Shown here: piece after piece, positions 26,412 through 34,117 of the stretch
Layout of the letters: each line of letters opens with the position of its first letter
Numbering within the stretch: position 1 is the stretch's first letter
IMG/VR virus record: IMGVR_UViG_2886212900_000002
Coordinates: 1-42,640 of that record
Direction: 5' to 3' (one strand)
Length of the DNA stretch: 42,640 nucleotides
DNA from: a virus
The notes under the pieces: model-generated
Databases searched by the model: none
What the model was told of the DNA's origin: nothing
What the model saw: the letters and a program-made list of their open reading frames with translations, nothing else
Position numbers and translations under genes: made by a program

Positions 26412-26437
26412 AAAAGGCCGCCTCGTTAGAGACGACC
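26412..26437 (-). terminator. Rho-independent terminator closing the tRNA cluster
   Basis: The minus strand reads GGTCGTCTC-TAAC-GAGGCGGCC followed by TTTT. Confidence 0.55.
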
Positions 26438-26442
26438 GTGTA

Positions 26443-26550
26443 TGTGCTTGGTAGGGATTTGCACCCTACATGATGTGTGGTCACATGGGTTGTCGACCCA
26501 TACCCGTTACTCGCGCCTAACTATGCGTCTACCTATTCCGCCACAAGCAC
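26443..26550 (-). ncRNA. 108-nt class-II-tRNA-like RNA without a canonical anticodon arm (degenerate tRNA or novel structured RNA)
   Basis: The minus strand has a perfect 7-bp acceptor stem (GTGCTTG/CAAGCAC plus A), a Leu/Ser-type D arm (GCGGAATAGGTAGACGC) and a T-arm-like hairpin (GTAGGG-TGCAAAT-CCCTAC). I cannot fold the 60-nt middle as an anticodon plus variable arm. Confidence 0.3.
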
Positions 26551-26614
26551 GTGATGGACGCTATAGCCTTGAATGAACGGGAGAGTCCATCTCCTCAGGT
26601 TTATTTGCGTCCAA

Positions 26615-26688
26615 TGGACCATGTAGGACTCGAACCTACGACCGAACGGTTATGAGCCGTCTACTCTAGCCAACTGAGCTAAAGGTCC
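26615..26688 (-). tRNA. tRNA with CAU anticodon (elongator Met or lysidine-dependent Ile2)
   Basis: Minus strand: GGACCTT-TA-GCTC-AGTTGGCTA-GAGT-A-GACGG-CTCATAA-CCGTT-CGGTC-GTAGG-TTCGAGT-CCTAC-ATGGTCC-A. Full cloverleaf with one U-U mismatch in the acceptor stem and no encoded CCA. Confidence 0.85.
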
Positions 26689-26698
26689 TTAATGCCAA

Positions 26699-26756
26699 TA
26701 CGTACAACGGGAGTCGAACCCGTATCTTCTTTGCTCTGCCGTTGAGCTATGCACGT
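26699..26756 (-). pseudogene. 58-nt tRNA-like element that lacks the anticodon arm
   Basis: Minus strand: ACGTGCA-TA-GCTC-AACGGCA-GAGC-AAAGAAGAT-ACGGG-TTCGACT-CCCGT-TGTACGT-A. Acceptor, D and T arms are intact. Only 9 nt occupy the place where about 22 nt of anticodon arm plus variable loop should be. Confidence 0.45.
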
Positions 26757-26807
26757 GCCTTAACGGTTTTCATCTATGATACTAATTTACACCCAAATTA
26801 GGGGCTA

Positions 26808-26873
26808 AAAGTATCAAAATAATATCACAATAGTATCGAATTAATATCAGAATAGTATCATGATAATCTTGTA
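26808..26873. repeat. Six tandem 11-bp phased repeats (consensus ATARTATCNNN), plus one inverted copy at 26777..26784
   Basis: Read directly: aaagtatcaaa ataatatcaca atagtatcgaa ttaatatcaga atagtatcatg ataatcttgta. Located directly downstream of the ArpU-like gene and upstream of the tRNA/late region. Confidence 0.8.
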
Positions 26874-26885
26874 TTTTTTTCCAAT

Positions 26886-27305
26886 TCAGTATATGCCTAG
26901 CATTTTGGCACACTTTTCAATGAATTCCTTTTTCAAAAGAAAAGCGCTGCTTCGGCTGCAATTAACTAGCCCATTAGCAACTATTCCCTCTACACTAAGC
27001 CGTGGCCATTTTTTAAAATACAATTCTTTGATTATTACCTGAGTATCCTCGTCAGAATTGGCATAACACTCCTGAACTGCACTCTTTTTCCGTTTCAACA
27101 TATTTAGTGGCCCATCTTCTTCTAGCTTTATTAATACTGTAGTTACACTATCGCCTATCATAGATGATCTGCCACCACCAACATTATCATCTTCCTGTTT
27201 TATTGGGTGGCGCAATTCATCTTCTCTAGCCTTAATTAACTTATCAATCTTAGGATAATCACGTAGAATATCCTCTACCGTTCTAATCGTTGATCGTTTC
27301 ACCAA
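26886..27305 (-). CDS. ArpU-family late transcriptional regulator
   Basis: 139 aa: ...VEDILRDYPKIDKLIKAREDELRHP...GGGRSS...ELYFKKWP... This is the ArpU/RinA-like pattern, and it is the last gene before the late region. Confidence 0.65.
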   Translation of the reverse strand: MVKRSTIRTVEDILRDYPKIDKLIKAREDELRHPIKQEDDNVGGGRSSMIGDSVTTVLIKLEEDGPLNMLKRKKSAVQECYANSDEDTQVIIKELYFKKWPRLSVEGIVANGLVNCSRSSAFLLKKEFIEKCAKMLGIY

Positions 27306-27569
27306 TCATACCCCCGTTCCATTTGTCAACAGATGCCCATCCTTCTTGGCTGATACTGTCATTACTACCCCACAACCCATCAGCAAACATTTTCGAATAT
27401 AGTGATACAGTTTCAATGATTCATCTTCCGACAAGTTGAAACTGCTATTCAGCTTGCTCTCAGATATTTTTTGGCAGCAAATGTCCTCACTCATAAGGTA
27501 TTCGTCTAAGTCATCAGAACACGTTACCTCTAAAACTAGGCTATTATCAATCACTAAATCCATGATCAT
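27306..27569 (-). CDS. Hypothetical protein
   Basis: 87-aa co-oriented ORF in the early operon. Confidence 0.45.
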   Translation of the reverse strand: MIMDLVIDNSLVLEVTCSDDLDEYLMSEDICCQKISESKLNSSFNLSEDESLKLYHYIRKCLLMGCGVVMTVSAKKDGHLLTNGTGV

Positions 27570-27574
27570 GCCTC

Positions 27575-27790
27575 CTAAAATGGCCGTGTAAGCTCGTGTA
27601 GCACGTTAGTAATCTCCGCATTGCTCAGCCTACCCAAAGCAATGTAAACTTCCTTAGGCACGTTGTGATCGCTTAATCTGGATTGAAACTCGGCTAGCCC
27701 CATCAATACATCGTCTTCTGGCACCAATGATTCCAGATAGCTAAGCAGCATACGTTGGTTACCGTTCATTTCGTCGCGTGTTTTATCCAT
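27575..27790 (-). CDS. Hypothetical protein
   Basis: 71-aa co-oriented ORF. Confidence 0.45.
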   Translation of the reverse strand: MDKTRDEMNGNQRMLLSYLESLVPEDDVLMGLAEFQSRLSDHNVPKEVYIALGRLSNAEITNVLHELTRPF

Positions 27791-27798
27791 ATGTCCTC

Positions 27799-27993
27799 CT
27801 ACATAAACATCGTTAGCTCATGGATAACCTGGTTGCGTTCTTTCGCCGACAGCTTGTTAATCGCGTTGCGTTGGCTGTCGTTCAGCTTGGTAAAGTGATT
27901 GCCACACCACACTAACGCCTGTGCCACATCGCCACCATAACTTGCCATGCCTTGCATCACGTATTTGCGATACTCAATCTGTTCGTGTGTCAT
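27799..27993 (-). CDS. Hypothetical protein
   Basis: The ORF track starts at 28056. The ATG at 27993 (MTHEQIEYRKY...) follows GGGAGG and removes most of the overlap. Confidence 0.45.
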   Translation of the reverse strand: MTHEQIEYRKYVMQGMASYGGDVAQALVWCGNHFTKLNDSQRNAINKLSAKERNQVIHELTMFM

Positions 27994-28396
27994 GTTCTGC
28001 CTCCCGTAGCTTTTCTCGCATACAGTGCACCCAATCCTTGTCGCGACCCATAACACTAGCGACTCCTTGGTTGTTAGGACGATTCATATGTTTAACGTTG
28101 TATTTTAGCTGAGTTAATTCATCTGGCGTGGCTTGATAATCCAATTCGTCACGTCTTTTCATTCTTCCACGTAATTGCTGTATATATTGCGGTGTCTTGG
28201 ATCGCTCTTGTGCAATATATACGTTAGTGTATCCGTGGAGAATCAGGTGACGTAGAATCTTGTTTTCTGCTGTGTGCTGTTCCTCAGTTTGACCGCGGAT
28301 CTCTTTTTTGACATCTTCCGGCCAATTATCTGGATCGTCGCCATAATTGGCATAAGCCGCCCTGATTGCGGCCGCCATTTTCTTGTTTGATGACAT
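27974..28396 (-). CDS. Hypothetical protein with a possible HTH
   Basis: 140-aa ORF. The segment LILHGYTNVYIAQERSKTPQYIQQLRGRMKRR resembles a sigma-region-4-like HTH. Confidence 0.45.
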   Translation of the reverse strand: MSSNKKMAAAIRAAYANYGDDPDNWPEDVKKEIRGQTEEQHTAENKILRHLILHGYTNVYIAQERSKTPQYIQQLRGRMKRRDELDYQATPDELTQLKYNVKHMNRPNNQGVASVMGRDKDWVHCMREKLREAEHDTRTD

Positions 28397-28401
28397 AATC
28401 T

Positions 28402-28569
28402 CTATCCCTTTCTCAATAGTCGTTTTGCTTCGTTCCTTAGTTCTTCAAATTCACGTTTACGACGTTCTTTCAAAACTTCATTGCAATTGGGACATGGGCT
28501 AGCTGTGACGGTGCTTGCCGTGCAGTGGTGAAAAACGCCAGTGCCATGACACAATGGACATTCACTCAT
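28402..28569 (-). CDS. Small zinc-finger protein (55 aa, CxxCxGxG ... CPxC)
   Basis: Manual translation: MSECPLCHGTGVFHHCTASTVTASPCPNCNEVLKERRKREFEELRNEAKRLLRKG. ATGA overlap with the upstream stop. Confidence 0.45.
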   Translation of the reverse strand: MSECPLCHGTGVFHHCTASTVTASPCPNCNEVLKERRKREFEELRNEAKRLLRKG

Positions 28570-29336
28570 ATGTGACGCACCCCTTTCATGCCGTCAAAAA
28601 TAATTTGCTGTTCCGGGTTGTCTGGATATACGCGATCAATGAACTTGCCTTCATACATCTGTTTTAGCTGCCCTTTGGTGTTGTTGGTTGTAATGATGGT
28701 GATACCTTTAGCGGTGTTGTGGTTAAAATCAACTCTAGCGTTAGACACCCGATACATGATGTCTTGCAGATCCTTATGAACCGGTTTAATGTTGCCAGTC
28801 ATACCGCCTTCCGTGCCGAAATCATCTAGTACCAATACATCAACCTCAATCATTGAACGCGTTATGTTGAGTAGTTTGGAACGGAGTGAAGTGTCGTCAT
28901 ATTTGTCATTGACCATTCTTAGCAGTTCAGCAGTTGATACAAACATGCCACTACGTCCATGGATCATCAGGTGGTCCAACATAGCTAGTGCTAAAGACGT
29001 TTTACCAACGCCACGATCACCCATCATAGCCACGTTAAAGTTTTGGTTTTCTAATTGCTTAGCCAACACGAATGCCTTCTTGCCTAATGATTTAGCTAAG
29101 TGTGGATTGTCCTGTTTAGCAATATTCCAGTTGCCAAACGAGAATTTGAGCGGTATGTTGCCGGACCAAACCGAGTAGCTATAGTACCGGGCCATTTTGT
29201 CCCGTTTCAATTGTTGAGCTGCTTGTTCGGCCGTCTTACGATCTAATTCTTCTTTAGTCGGCAAGTGGTTCAGATCAACATGGTGGGCATTGGCTATCCG
29301 CTGAATATATCTCCGGTCAAAAGTAACGTGCTCCAT
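28566..29336 (-). CDS. DnaC/IstB-like AAA+ helicase loader
   Basis: Walker A MMGDRGVGKTSLA, Walker B VLVLDDFG. The ATG at 29336 (MEHVTFD...) follows GGAGG. The track start at 29465 lies inside the upstream gene. Confidence 0.75.
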   Translation of the reverse strand: MEHVTFDRRYIQRIANAHHVDLNHLPTKEELDRKTAEQAAQQLKRDKMARYYSYSVWSGNIPLKFSFGNWNIAKQDNPHLAKSLGKKAFVLAKQLENQNFNVAMMGDRGVGKTSLALAMLDHLMIHGRSGMFVSTAELLRMVNDKYDDTSLRSKLLNITRSMIEVDVLVLDDFGTEGGMTGNIKPVHKDLQDIMYRVSNARVDFNHNTAKGITIITTNNTKGQLKQMYEGKFIDRVYPDNPEQQIIFDGMKGVRHI

Positions 29337-29337
29337 G

Positions 29338-30036
29338 TTAACCTCCCGTCCAATACTCGCGGCCCTCATGTTTTGGTTCAGTCGATACTTGATACTCATC
29401 ATCAAATCGGCCATTGAACCATGTAGATCCATCCATAGGGCGATACCAATCTTTATTTTGAGCAATATATTGCTTGTACATTTTTAACTGACTGAAAAGA
29501 TAATCGTTGGAATGCTTTGCTGACTTTTTACGCCAAGTTTTGTAATGGTTAAACGCTTGCTTCTTCCCCTTTTTGTTGGGATAAGCTGACCAGATTTCTT
29601 CAAAGCCAGACTCAATTGAGGAAGGTGCAGCGACAGCTGCACTATTCTTTTTATTACTTGTAGTATTAACTGTAGTATTAATACTTGTAATATTATCTCT
29701 CTGATTTTTCGGTATAGGGGTACCCTGATTTTTCGGTATACCCTCCACCGAAATTCTGATATACCTATGCTCAATTTCACGTGTACCCTCTTTATAAATA
29801 ACGTCTCGTGAAATATGTCCATCGTCTTCTAAAGCTTTGAGCCAAGTTTGAACAGTTGACTTCCCTACTCCATACAAATTGGCGAAGTAGCTATCACTTG
29901 CCCAGCAGTAACCCTTTTGATTGCACAAAGCCGTAATCTCTCCATAAAGCAAAGAAGCTTTGCTCGGAAGGTTATTATCATATCTAACGCTTGCAGGAAT
30001 GATAGCGTAATAATTGGGCTTTTCTGGTTTTCCCAT
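29338..30036 (-). CDS. Replication initiator / replisome organiser (HTH N-terminus, DnaD-like C-terminus)
   Basis: 232 aa. The N-terminus PNYYAIIPASVRYDNNLPSKASLLYGEITALCNQKGYCWASDSYFANLYGVGKSTVQTWLKALEDDGHI is typical of firmicute phage replication proteins. The gene precedes the DnaC-like loader and has iterons inside it. Confidence 0.65.
   Translation of the reverse strand: MGKPEKPNYYAIIPASVRYDNNLPSKASLLYGEITALCNQKGYCWASDSYFANLYGVGKSTVQTWLKALEDDGHISRDVIYKEGTREIEHRYIRISVEGIPKNQGTPIPKNQRDNITSINTTVNTTSNKKNSAAVAAPSSIESGFEEIWSAYPNKKGKKQAFNHYKTWRKKSAKHSNDYLFSQLKMYKQYIAQNKDWYRPMDGSTWFNGRFDDEYQVSTEPKHEGREYWTGG
29655..29740. repeat. Iteron cluster inside the initiator gene (putative phage ori)
   Basis: Three units of about 12-15 bp (tacttgtagtatta / actgtagtatta / atacttgtaatatta). 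In addition, two perfect 16-bp direct repeats ctgatttttcggtata at 29701..29716 and 29725..29740. Confidence 0.55.
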
Positions 30037-30051
30037 AACAATTCCTCCAAA

Positions 30052-30243
30052 TCACTTTTGTAGCTTGTTAAGCTCACGTTTTAACCACAAGTCATTAACC
30101 TCAGCTGGCAAGCCTTGAATATATGCTGCAATCTGACCAGCTCGATGTGCTGATTTAGCGATGGCCACCGGTACACCGTCTACGGAGACAACGTTATTCC
30201 AAGCTGCGTTATACTTTTTGACTCGCGTTATTGTCACTTCCAT
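30052..30243 (-). CDS. Hypothetical small protein
   Basis: The ORF track gives 30052..30261. The ATG at 30243 (MEVTITRVKK...) has a GAGGA RBS. Confidence 0.4.
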   Translation of the reverse strand: MEVTITRVKKYNAAWNNVVSVDGVPVAIAKSAHRAGQIAAYIQGLPAEVNDLWLKRELNKLQK

Positions 30244-30925
30244 AATTTCCTCTAACTCCAATTTTTCTTAACGTTTCTTCGTCCAATCTGATCCCAGTAA
30301 CTGGAATGTGATACTTCTCGCCAAACGCTGTCGGCCCGATTTTGTGCCATTCTGTATGGTGCTCACGACACAAACAGTTAACTCGTAGTTGCGTATGGTC
30401 AAGATGATTCCGATTGCGGCCAGATCCAACCGTATCAACATGGTTAATATCCGAATGTTCACGGCCACACACCATGCACCGGCGATGCCGGCAACACTGA
30501 TATTGGTAATACTCTTGCTCTCTCGGTAGCAATTCATAGCCTTGTTTGAACGGTACACGCCACGTAAACATGAAGTCGATAACTAGGTCGAGCAGCACGT
30601 TAGCATCGCTCACAGACGATTCTGTGGTGTCTGACAGGCTAATCTCATTACCGTTGGTATACTCACGATATTGGCCATAAAACATTGCCTTCAGGAAGTC
30701 TTGTGGCACCACGAAGTAATCGGCAATATCATTCAGCAAAGCAAAGAATAGTCGCCGTTGTTGCGGCCTAGCTTTCCGTGTATCGGCTAGTTCCCAATCC
30801 AGGTAAAGTTGGTCACGTGAACCGCTAACGGTCTCGATATGGTCTAAATTTGGCTTTTGGTCAAGCTCAACTAACAAGTATGACTTGCCATTACGTTCAA
30901 AGTATTTTGATCGTGACCGCTGCAT
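30209..30925 (-). CDS. Putative HNHc-type nuclease
   Basis: 238 aa. Cys/His cluster CCRHRRCMVCGREHSDINHVDTVGSGRNRNHLDH...CLCREHHTEWH. Confidence 0.5.
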   Translation of the reverse strand: MQRSRSKYFERNGKSYLLVELDQKPNLDHIETVSGSRDQLYLDWELADTRKARPQQRRLFFALLNDIADYFVVPQDFLKAMFYGQYREYTNGNEISLSDTTESSVSDANVLLDLVIDFMFTWRVPFKQGYELLPREQEYYQYQCCRHRRCMVCGREHSDINHVDTVGSGRNRNHLDHTQLRVNCLCREHHTEWHKIGPTAFGEKYHIPVTGIRLDEETLRKIGVRGNYGSDNNASQKV

Positions 30926-30939
30926 TTAATCACCTCAAA

Positions 30940-31371
30940 TCAGAATGGTAACGAATCATCGGTAATGTCAACATTGCCATCGTTGTTAGCAAACGGATCA
31001 CTTGTATTATTTTTCGGCCGGTTGTTTTGATAACTACCGTTACCAGTAGAGTTTTTTGATTCCAAGAACGAGAAGTTTTCAACAATAACTTCTGTGACGT
31101 AAACACGTTGGCCTTGCTGATTTTCATAGTTACGTGTTTGAATACGGCCTTCAATGCCGACAAGGGAACCCTTGTGGAAGAAGTTAGCAAAGTTTTCTGC
31201 CGGCTTATGCCAAATGACGAAATTAATCCAATCAACCTCACGTTCGCCATTTTTTGTTTGGAACCGTCTACTAACTGCCAAAGTTCCCGAAGCAACAGCT
31301 AAACCACTTTCGGTGTATTTTAATTCCACATCTTTTCCAAGCCTACCTGTCAGTGTTACGTTATTAATCAT
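30940..31371 (-). CDS. ssb: Single-stranded DNA-binding protein
   Basis: MINNVTLTGRLGKDVELKYT...NFVIW...GSLVGIEGRIQTRNYE... with the acidic tail ...DDSLPF. Confidence 0.9.
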   Translation of the reverse strand: MINNVTLTGRLGKDVELKYTESGLAVASGTLAVSRRFQTKNGEREVDWINFVIWHKPAENFANFFHKGSLVGIEGRIQTRNYENQQGQRVYVTEVIVENFSFLESKNSTGNGSYQNNRPKNNTSDPFANNDGNVDITDDSLPF

Positions 31372-32020
31372 GTTTTCTTTCCCCCTCTGGAGTTGTTAAT
31401 GCCTTCAATGGAGTCCATCCCCATCTAACTCTTCCGTAAGCAACGTCATATTTAATTTGAAATATCTCGCACCATTCCGAAAAGGTTCGTGTTGCCTGGC
31501 CAATTACAACCCATTTACTGTTCGTTTTATTTCTGCTTTGTTCTAGAATCGTTGCCCATCGACAATTTTCAGGGGAGTATCCCTTGTCAACATCAACTCT
31601 GTCTATTGTCAATTTATCCGAATATCCATTTTTTACAGACCAAGTCTGAAATTCGATAAAATCGTCCTTCCACTCATCACAAACAGAAATTCCTCTGCCA
31701 CCATAATTACCAAACGAACTATTGTGTAAGTCTTGGCATCTTGATTTCATTCCCAGCCAAATGGCATAGAGACGTTTATCTTTGTATGCATATTTTTTAA
31801 AACGAATTGACGTTGTCTCTTTACGTAGGCAACCACAAGATCTAGTTTTACCAGAAGTTAAATCCGTCGTGCTGACATAGCAGTTATTTCCGCAGTCGCA
31901 AATACAGTGCCATTTTCCTTTGGTTTGCTTATTTTTATTTCCTGGAATCCACTCAGTTGCAACAAGTCGTCCGAATCTAATTCCCTGTAATTCTTTTTGT
32001 TTCAAGGCATTCACCCCCAC
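31364..32020 (-). CDS. HNH-family homing-endonuclease-like protein inserted between the ERF and SSB genes
   Basis: 218 aa: ...YGGRGISVCDEWKDDF..F..W...NGY...LTIDRVDVDKGYSPENCRWATILEQSRN. N-terminal Cys cluster. Confidence 0.5.
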   Translation of the reverse strand: MGVNALKQKELQGIRFGRLVATEWIPGNKNKQTKGKWHCICDCGNNCYVSTTDLTSGKTRSCGCLRKETTSIRFKKYAYKDKRLYAIWLGMKSRCQDLHNSSFGNYGGRGISVCDEWKDDFIEFQTWSVKNGYSDKLTIDRVDVDKGYSPENCRWATILEQSRNKTNSKWVVIGQATRTFSEWCEIFQIKYDVAYGRVRWGWTPLKALTTPEGERKHD

Positions 32021-32090
32021 TATCGCAACTCAATATCTTTTGTTAGTCGTCCGGTCAAAACTACTCGATTAATCATTAGAATTCCTCTTC

Positions 32091-32753
32091 TCACTTTGTT
32101 TTTTTCAATTGAGCAGTCACTAGGCTGATCAGCTGGTTAGCACCATCATGCGTCAAATCGTTGACCTGGCTAACGTTTAATTTTTCCAGATAACCGTTTC
32201 TAACAGCTTCAATTGGGGCGCTTGCTGCCTTACTCATTGCCTCAAACAATCCATTAAGTGTTGTGGTCTGCTGTTTAGTTACAGGCAGGGGTTGACGATT
32301 GTTTTGTTGTGTCCCGTTATTTCTATGAGCTGGTTGTTGTGCCGTACGGTTGCTAGGAGCTGCTTTAGTTGCTTGCTGTCCATCGTCATCTTTAGACGCG
32401 GATACGCCGAACGCTGCTGATAAGCTATATCGTCGTGCATAAGTTTCAGCAGAACCGAATGCCTGCGCGTCTTTACGCTGTACTGGCATGCTAAGTGGAT
32501 TGTAAATAATGTACTCGCCACTAGCATCAAACAGCATAGTCGTAATAGATACACCATTAGGATCGCTGGTCGCTTCCTGCGTATAACCTAACGTATCTGG
32601 CAGCGCCCTATCTACTGCAGCGGTTAAGTCTTCCAAAGTTACATAGTTCCCATAATGACTTTTTCCATCTTTACTCGGTTGTGCTTTGAGTAAATTCTTA
32701 CGGAATTGTGCCATACTAGTAGCCAAGTTTTTAATTGATTCGCTTTTTTCCAT
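32091..32753 (-). CDS. ERF-family single-strand annealing recombinase
   Basis: 220 aa: ...YGNYVTLEDL...GVSITTMLFDASGE...AQAFGSAETYARRYSLSAAFGVSASKDDDG. Confidence 0.7.
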   Translation of the reverse strand: MEKSESIKNLATSMAQFRKNLLKAQPSKDGKSHYGNYVTLEDLTAAVDRALPDTLGYTQEATSDPNGVSITTMLFDASGEYIIYNPLSMPVQRKDAQAFGSAETYARRYSLSAAFGVSASKDDDGQQATKAAPSNRTAQQPAHRNNGTQQNNRQPLPVTKQQTTTLNGLFEAMSKAASAPIEAVRNGYLEKLNVSQVNDLTHDGANQLISLVTAQLKKTK

Positions 32754-32762
32754 AACTTCCTC

Positions 32763-33248
32763 CTACTTAATTCGAATTGACCGTGTCTGTACCAGCTTGG
32801 CACCAGGAACCTCTTCACCATCATTGAGCGCCTGTTTAATAGCCGTTTTATTCATTTTCTTTTCTACCTCAGTAAATTCATCGGGAATAAGTTTGTCGTT
32901 CGTCACATCAACGCTAACGGGGTTATTTTGAACCCAAATAGACAAGTCAATATCTTTGATTTTGTCCTTGCCTGCTGTTTCCATCGCGTGCTGTAGTGCC
33001 AATTTCAACCGACTAATATTGTTGGACAGCGCACGATTTCGTTCTTTGTCGTGTTTAATTTTGTCTGTCAGTTGCTTTTTGTCAGCTACCAGCTGCTTAA
33101 TAACTTTGCCGTAGTCAATTGCTTTGTCAGCGATGCTATCTTGCAAGCTCTCAATTGTGTCATCGAACAACTGCTGATCTTCTGGTTTGGCACTGCTGGC
33201 TAATTCAACGACATTCAATAGATTGCCATCAAGTTCGTATAGATTCAT
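32763..33248 (-). CDS. Siphovirus Gp157-family protein
   Basis: 161 aa: MNLYELDGNLLNV...FDDTIESLQDSIADKAIDYGKVIK..., coiled coil, upstream of the recombinase. Confidence 0.65.
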   Translation of the reverse strand: MNLYELDGNLLNVVELASSAKPEDQQLFDDTIESLQDSIADKAIDYGKVIKQLVADKKQLTDKIKHDKERNRALSNNISRLKLALQHAMETAGKDKIKDIDLSIWVQNNPVSVDVTNDKLIPDEFTEVEKKMNKTAIKQALNDGEEVPGAKLVQTRSIRIK

Positions 33249-33250
33249 GC

Positions 33251-33463
33251 TTATTCCTCCTCCAAATTGGGTGACCAGGCAACAAGCTCGTTGCTGATGC
33301 TGTATAGCCGATCAATCTCATCATTGCTAAGCCGATCATTCTCGGCCAACAATTGAACTTCTTTGAATAGATCAGATTTAATGTCAGCTAATTCAGCTAA
33401 GTTGCTAACAACCACTGCTTTAGGTTGAAAACGGCTGCTTGTGTGTACCTTGACTACGTCCAT
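33251..33463 (-). CDS. Hypothetical small acidic protein
   Basis: 70-aa co-oriented ORF. Confidence 0.45.
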   Translation of the reverse strand: MDVVKVHTSSRFQPKAVVVSNLAELADIKSDLFKEVQLLAENDRLSNDEIDRLYSISNELVAWSPNLEEE

Positions 33464-33756
33464 GAGATCACCTCCGCACTTTTAAAATCTTCCAAGATGG
33501 TTGCCAGATGGTCATAGTCCCAATCAATCTGGGTTCCATAATCCTCACCCTCAGCATCTAAAAAGTCGTGCATTGAATCTTCATCGGTTGGCACATATCG
33601 GCCTTCTGCTTCCCAATAAGTTTCACCAGAAATCATGGGGTCACCATTGGTATCTTTGACCATGAATCCCGTCTCAGGCTGCGGTTCCAACCGATTCATG
33701 TACCGGACAAAATCGAATGTTGCATGATCTGGCACGTTCATCGCCATTGCAACCAC
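33454..33756 (-). CDS. Hypothetical acidic protein
   Basis: About 95-100 aa, rich in D/E. Likely start is the ATG at 33741, coupled (ATGA) to the upstream 40-aa ORF. Confidence 0.45.
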   Translation of the reverse strand: MVAMAMNVPDHATFDFVRYMNRLEPQPETGFMVKDTNGDPMISGETYWEAEGRYVPTDEDSMHDFLDAEGEDYGTQIDWDYDHLATILEDFKSAEVISWT

Positions 33757-33860
33757 CGCCCGTCTGGAGTAGAATTGACGTTATAGAAATAGGATAAATG
33801 TAATTTATCTTCGAGTCCTGGGCTGTCCCTTAGGGCTCTTTTTTTGTGCCATAATTTCAT
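33738..33860 (-). CDS. Hypothetical 40-aa basic peptide
   Basis: The ATG at 33860 lies 7 nt after GGAGG: MKLWHKKRALRDSPGLEDKLHLSYFYNVNSTPDGRWLQWR. The longer track ORF 33738..34025 has no RBS. Confidence 0.3.
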   Translation of the reverse strand: MKLWHKKRALRDSPGLEDKLHLSYFYNVNSTPDGRWLQWR

Positions 33861-34117
33861 TTGCTTTCCTCCATTCCAAAGAAGTCTTTCCAAAATGGTG
33901 TCCATCCGCCGGCACGCACCACTGACTTCCGAAGCTGATAACCGGCTGAGGCGATCAATACAATTACTGTTAGCCAGAAGGTTAGAAAGCCAACTAGCAG
34001 GTAAACTTCGTACATATATAGCCATTCCTTTCCATTGATACGTTCTTAACCCTATTGATTTACCAAGATCTAAAGCGTTGTATACTTGAGTTATTCCAAT
34101 TAACCGAGGTGATACTG

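Noticed and set aside
26555-26613. 59-nt hairpin between the CAU tRNA and the 108-nt tRNA-like RNA, considered as a tRNA-Ser(GGA)
   Set aside because: A 7-bp closing stem and a 4-bp stem with loop ATGGACT could mimic acceptor and anticodon arms. There are no D or T arms, however, and position 37 is a pyrimidine. It is reported only as part of the tRNA-like cluster finding.
29484-29822. 112-aa ORF (and 29865..30077, 30268..30558, 30930..31295, 32279..32557, 32639..32824) in alternative frames of replication and recombination genes
   Set aside because: Each is nested in an alternative frame of a gene with recognisable family motifs (initiator, HNHc, SSB, ERF). None has its own RBS.
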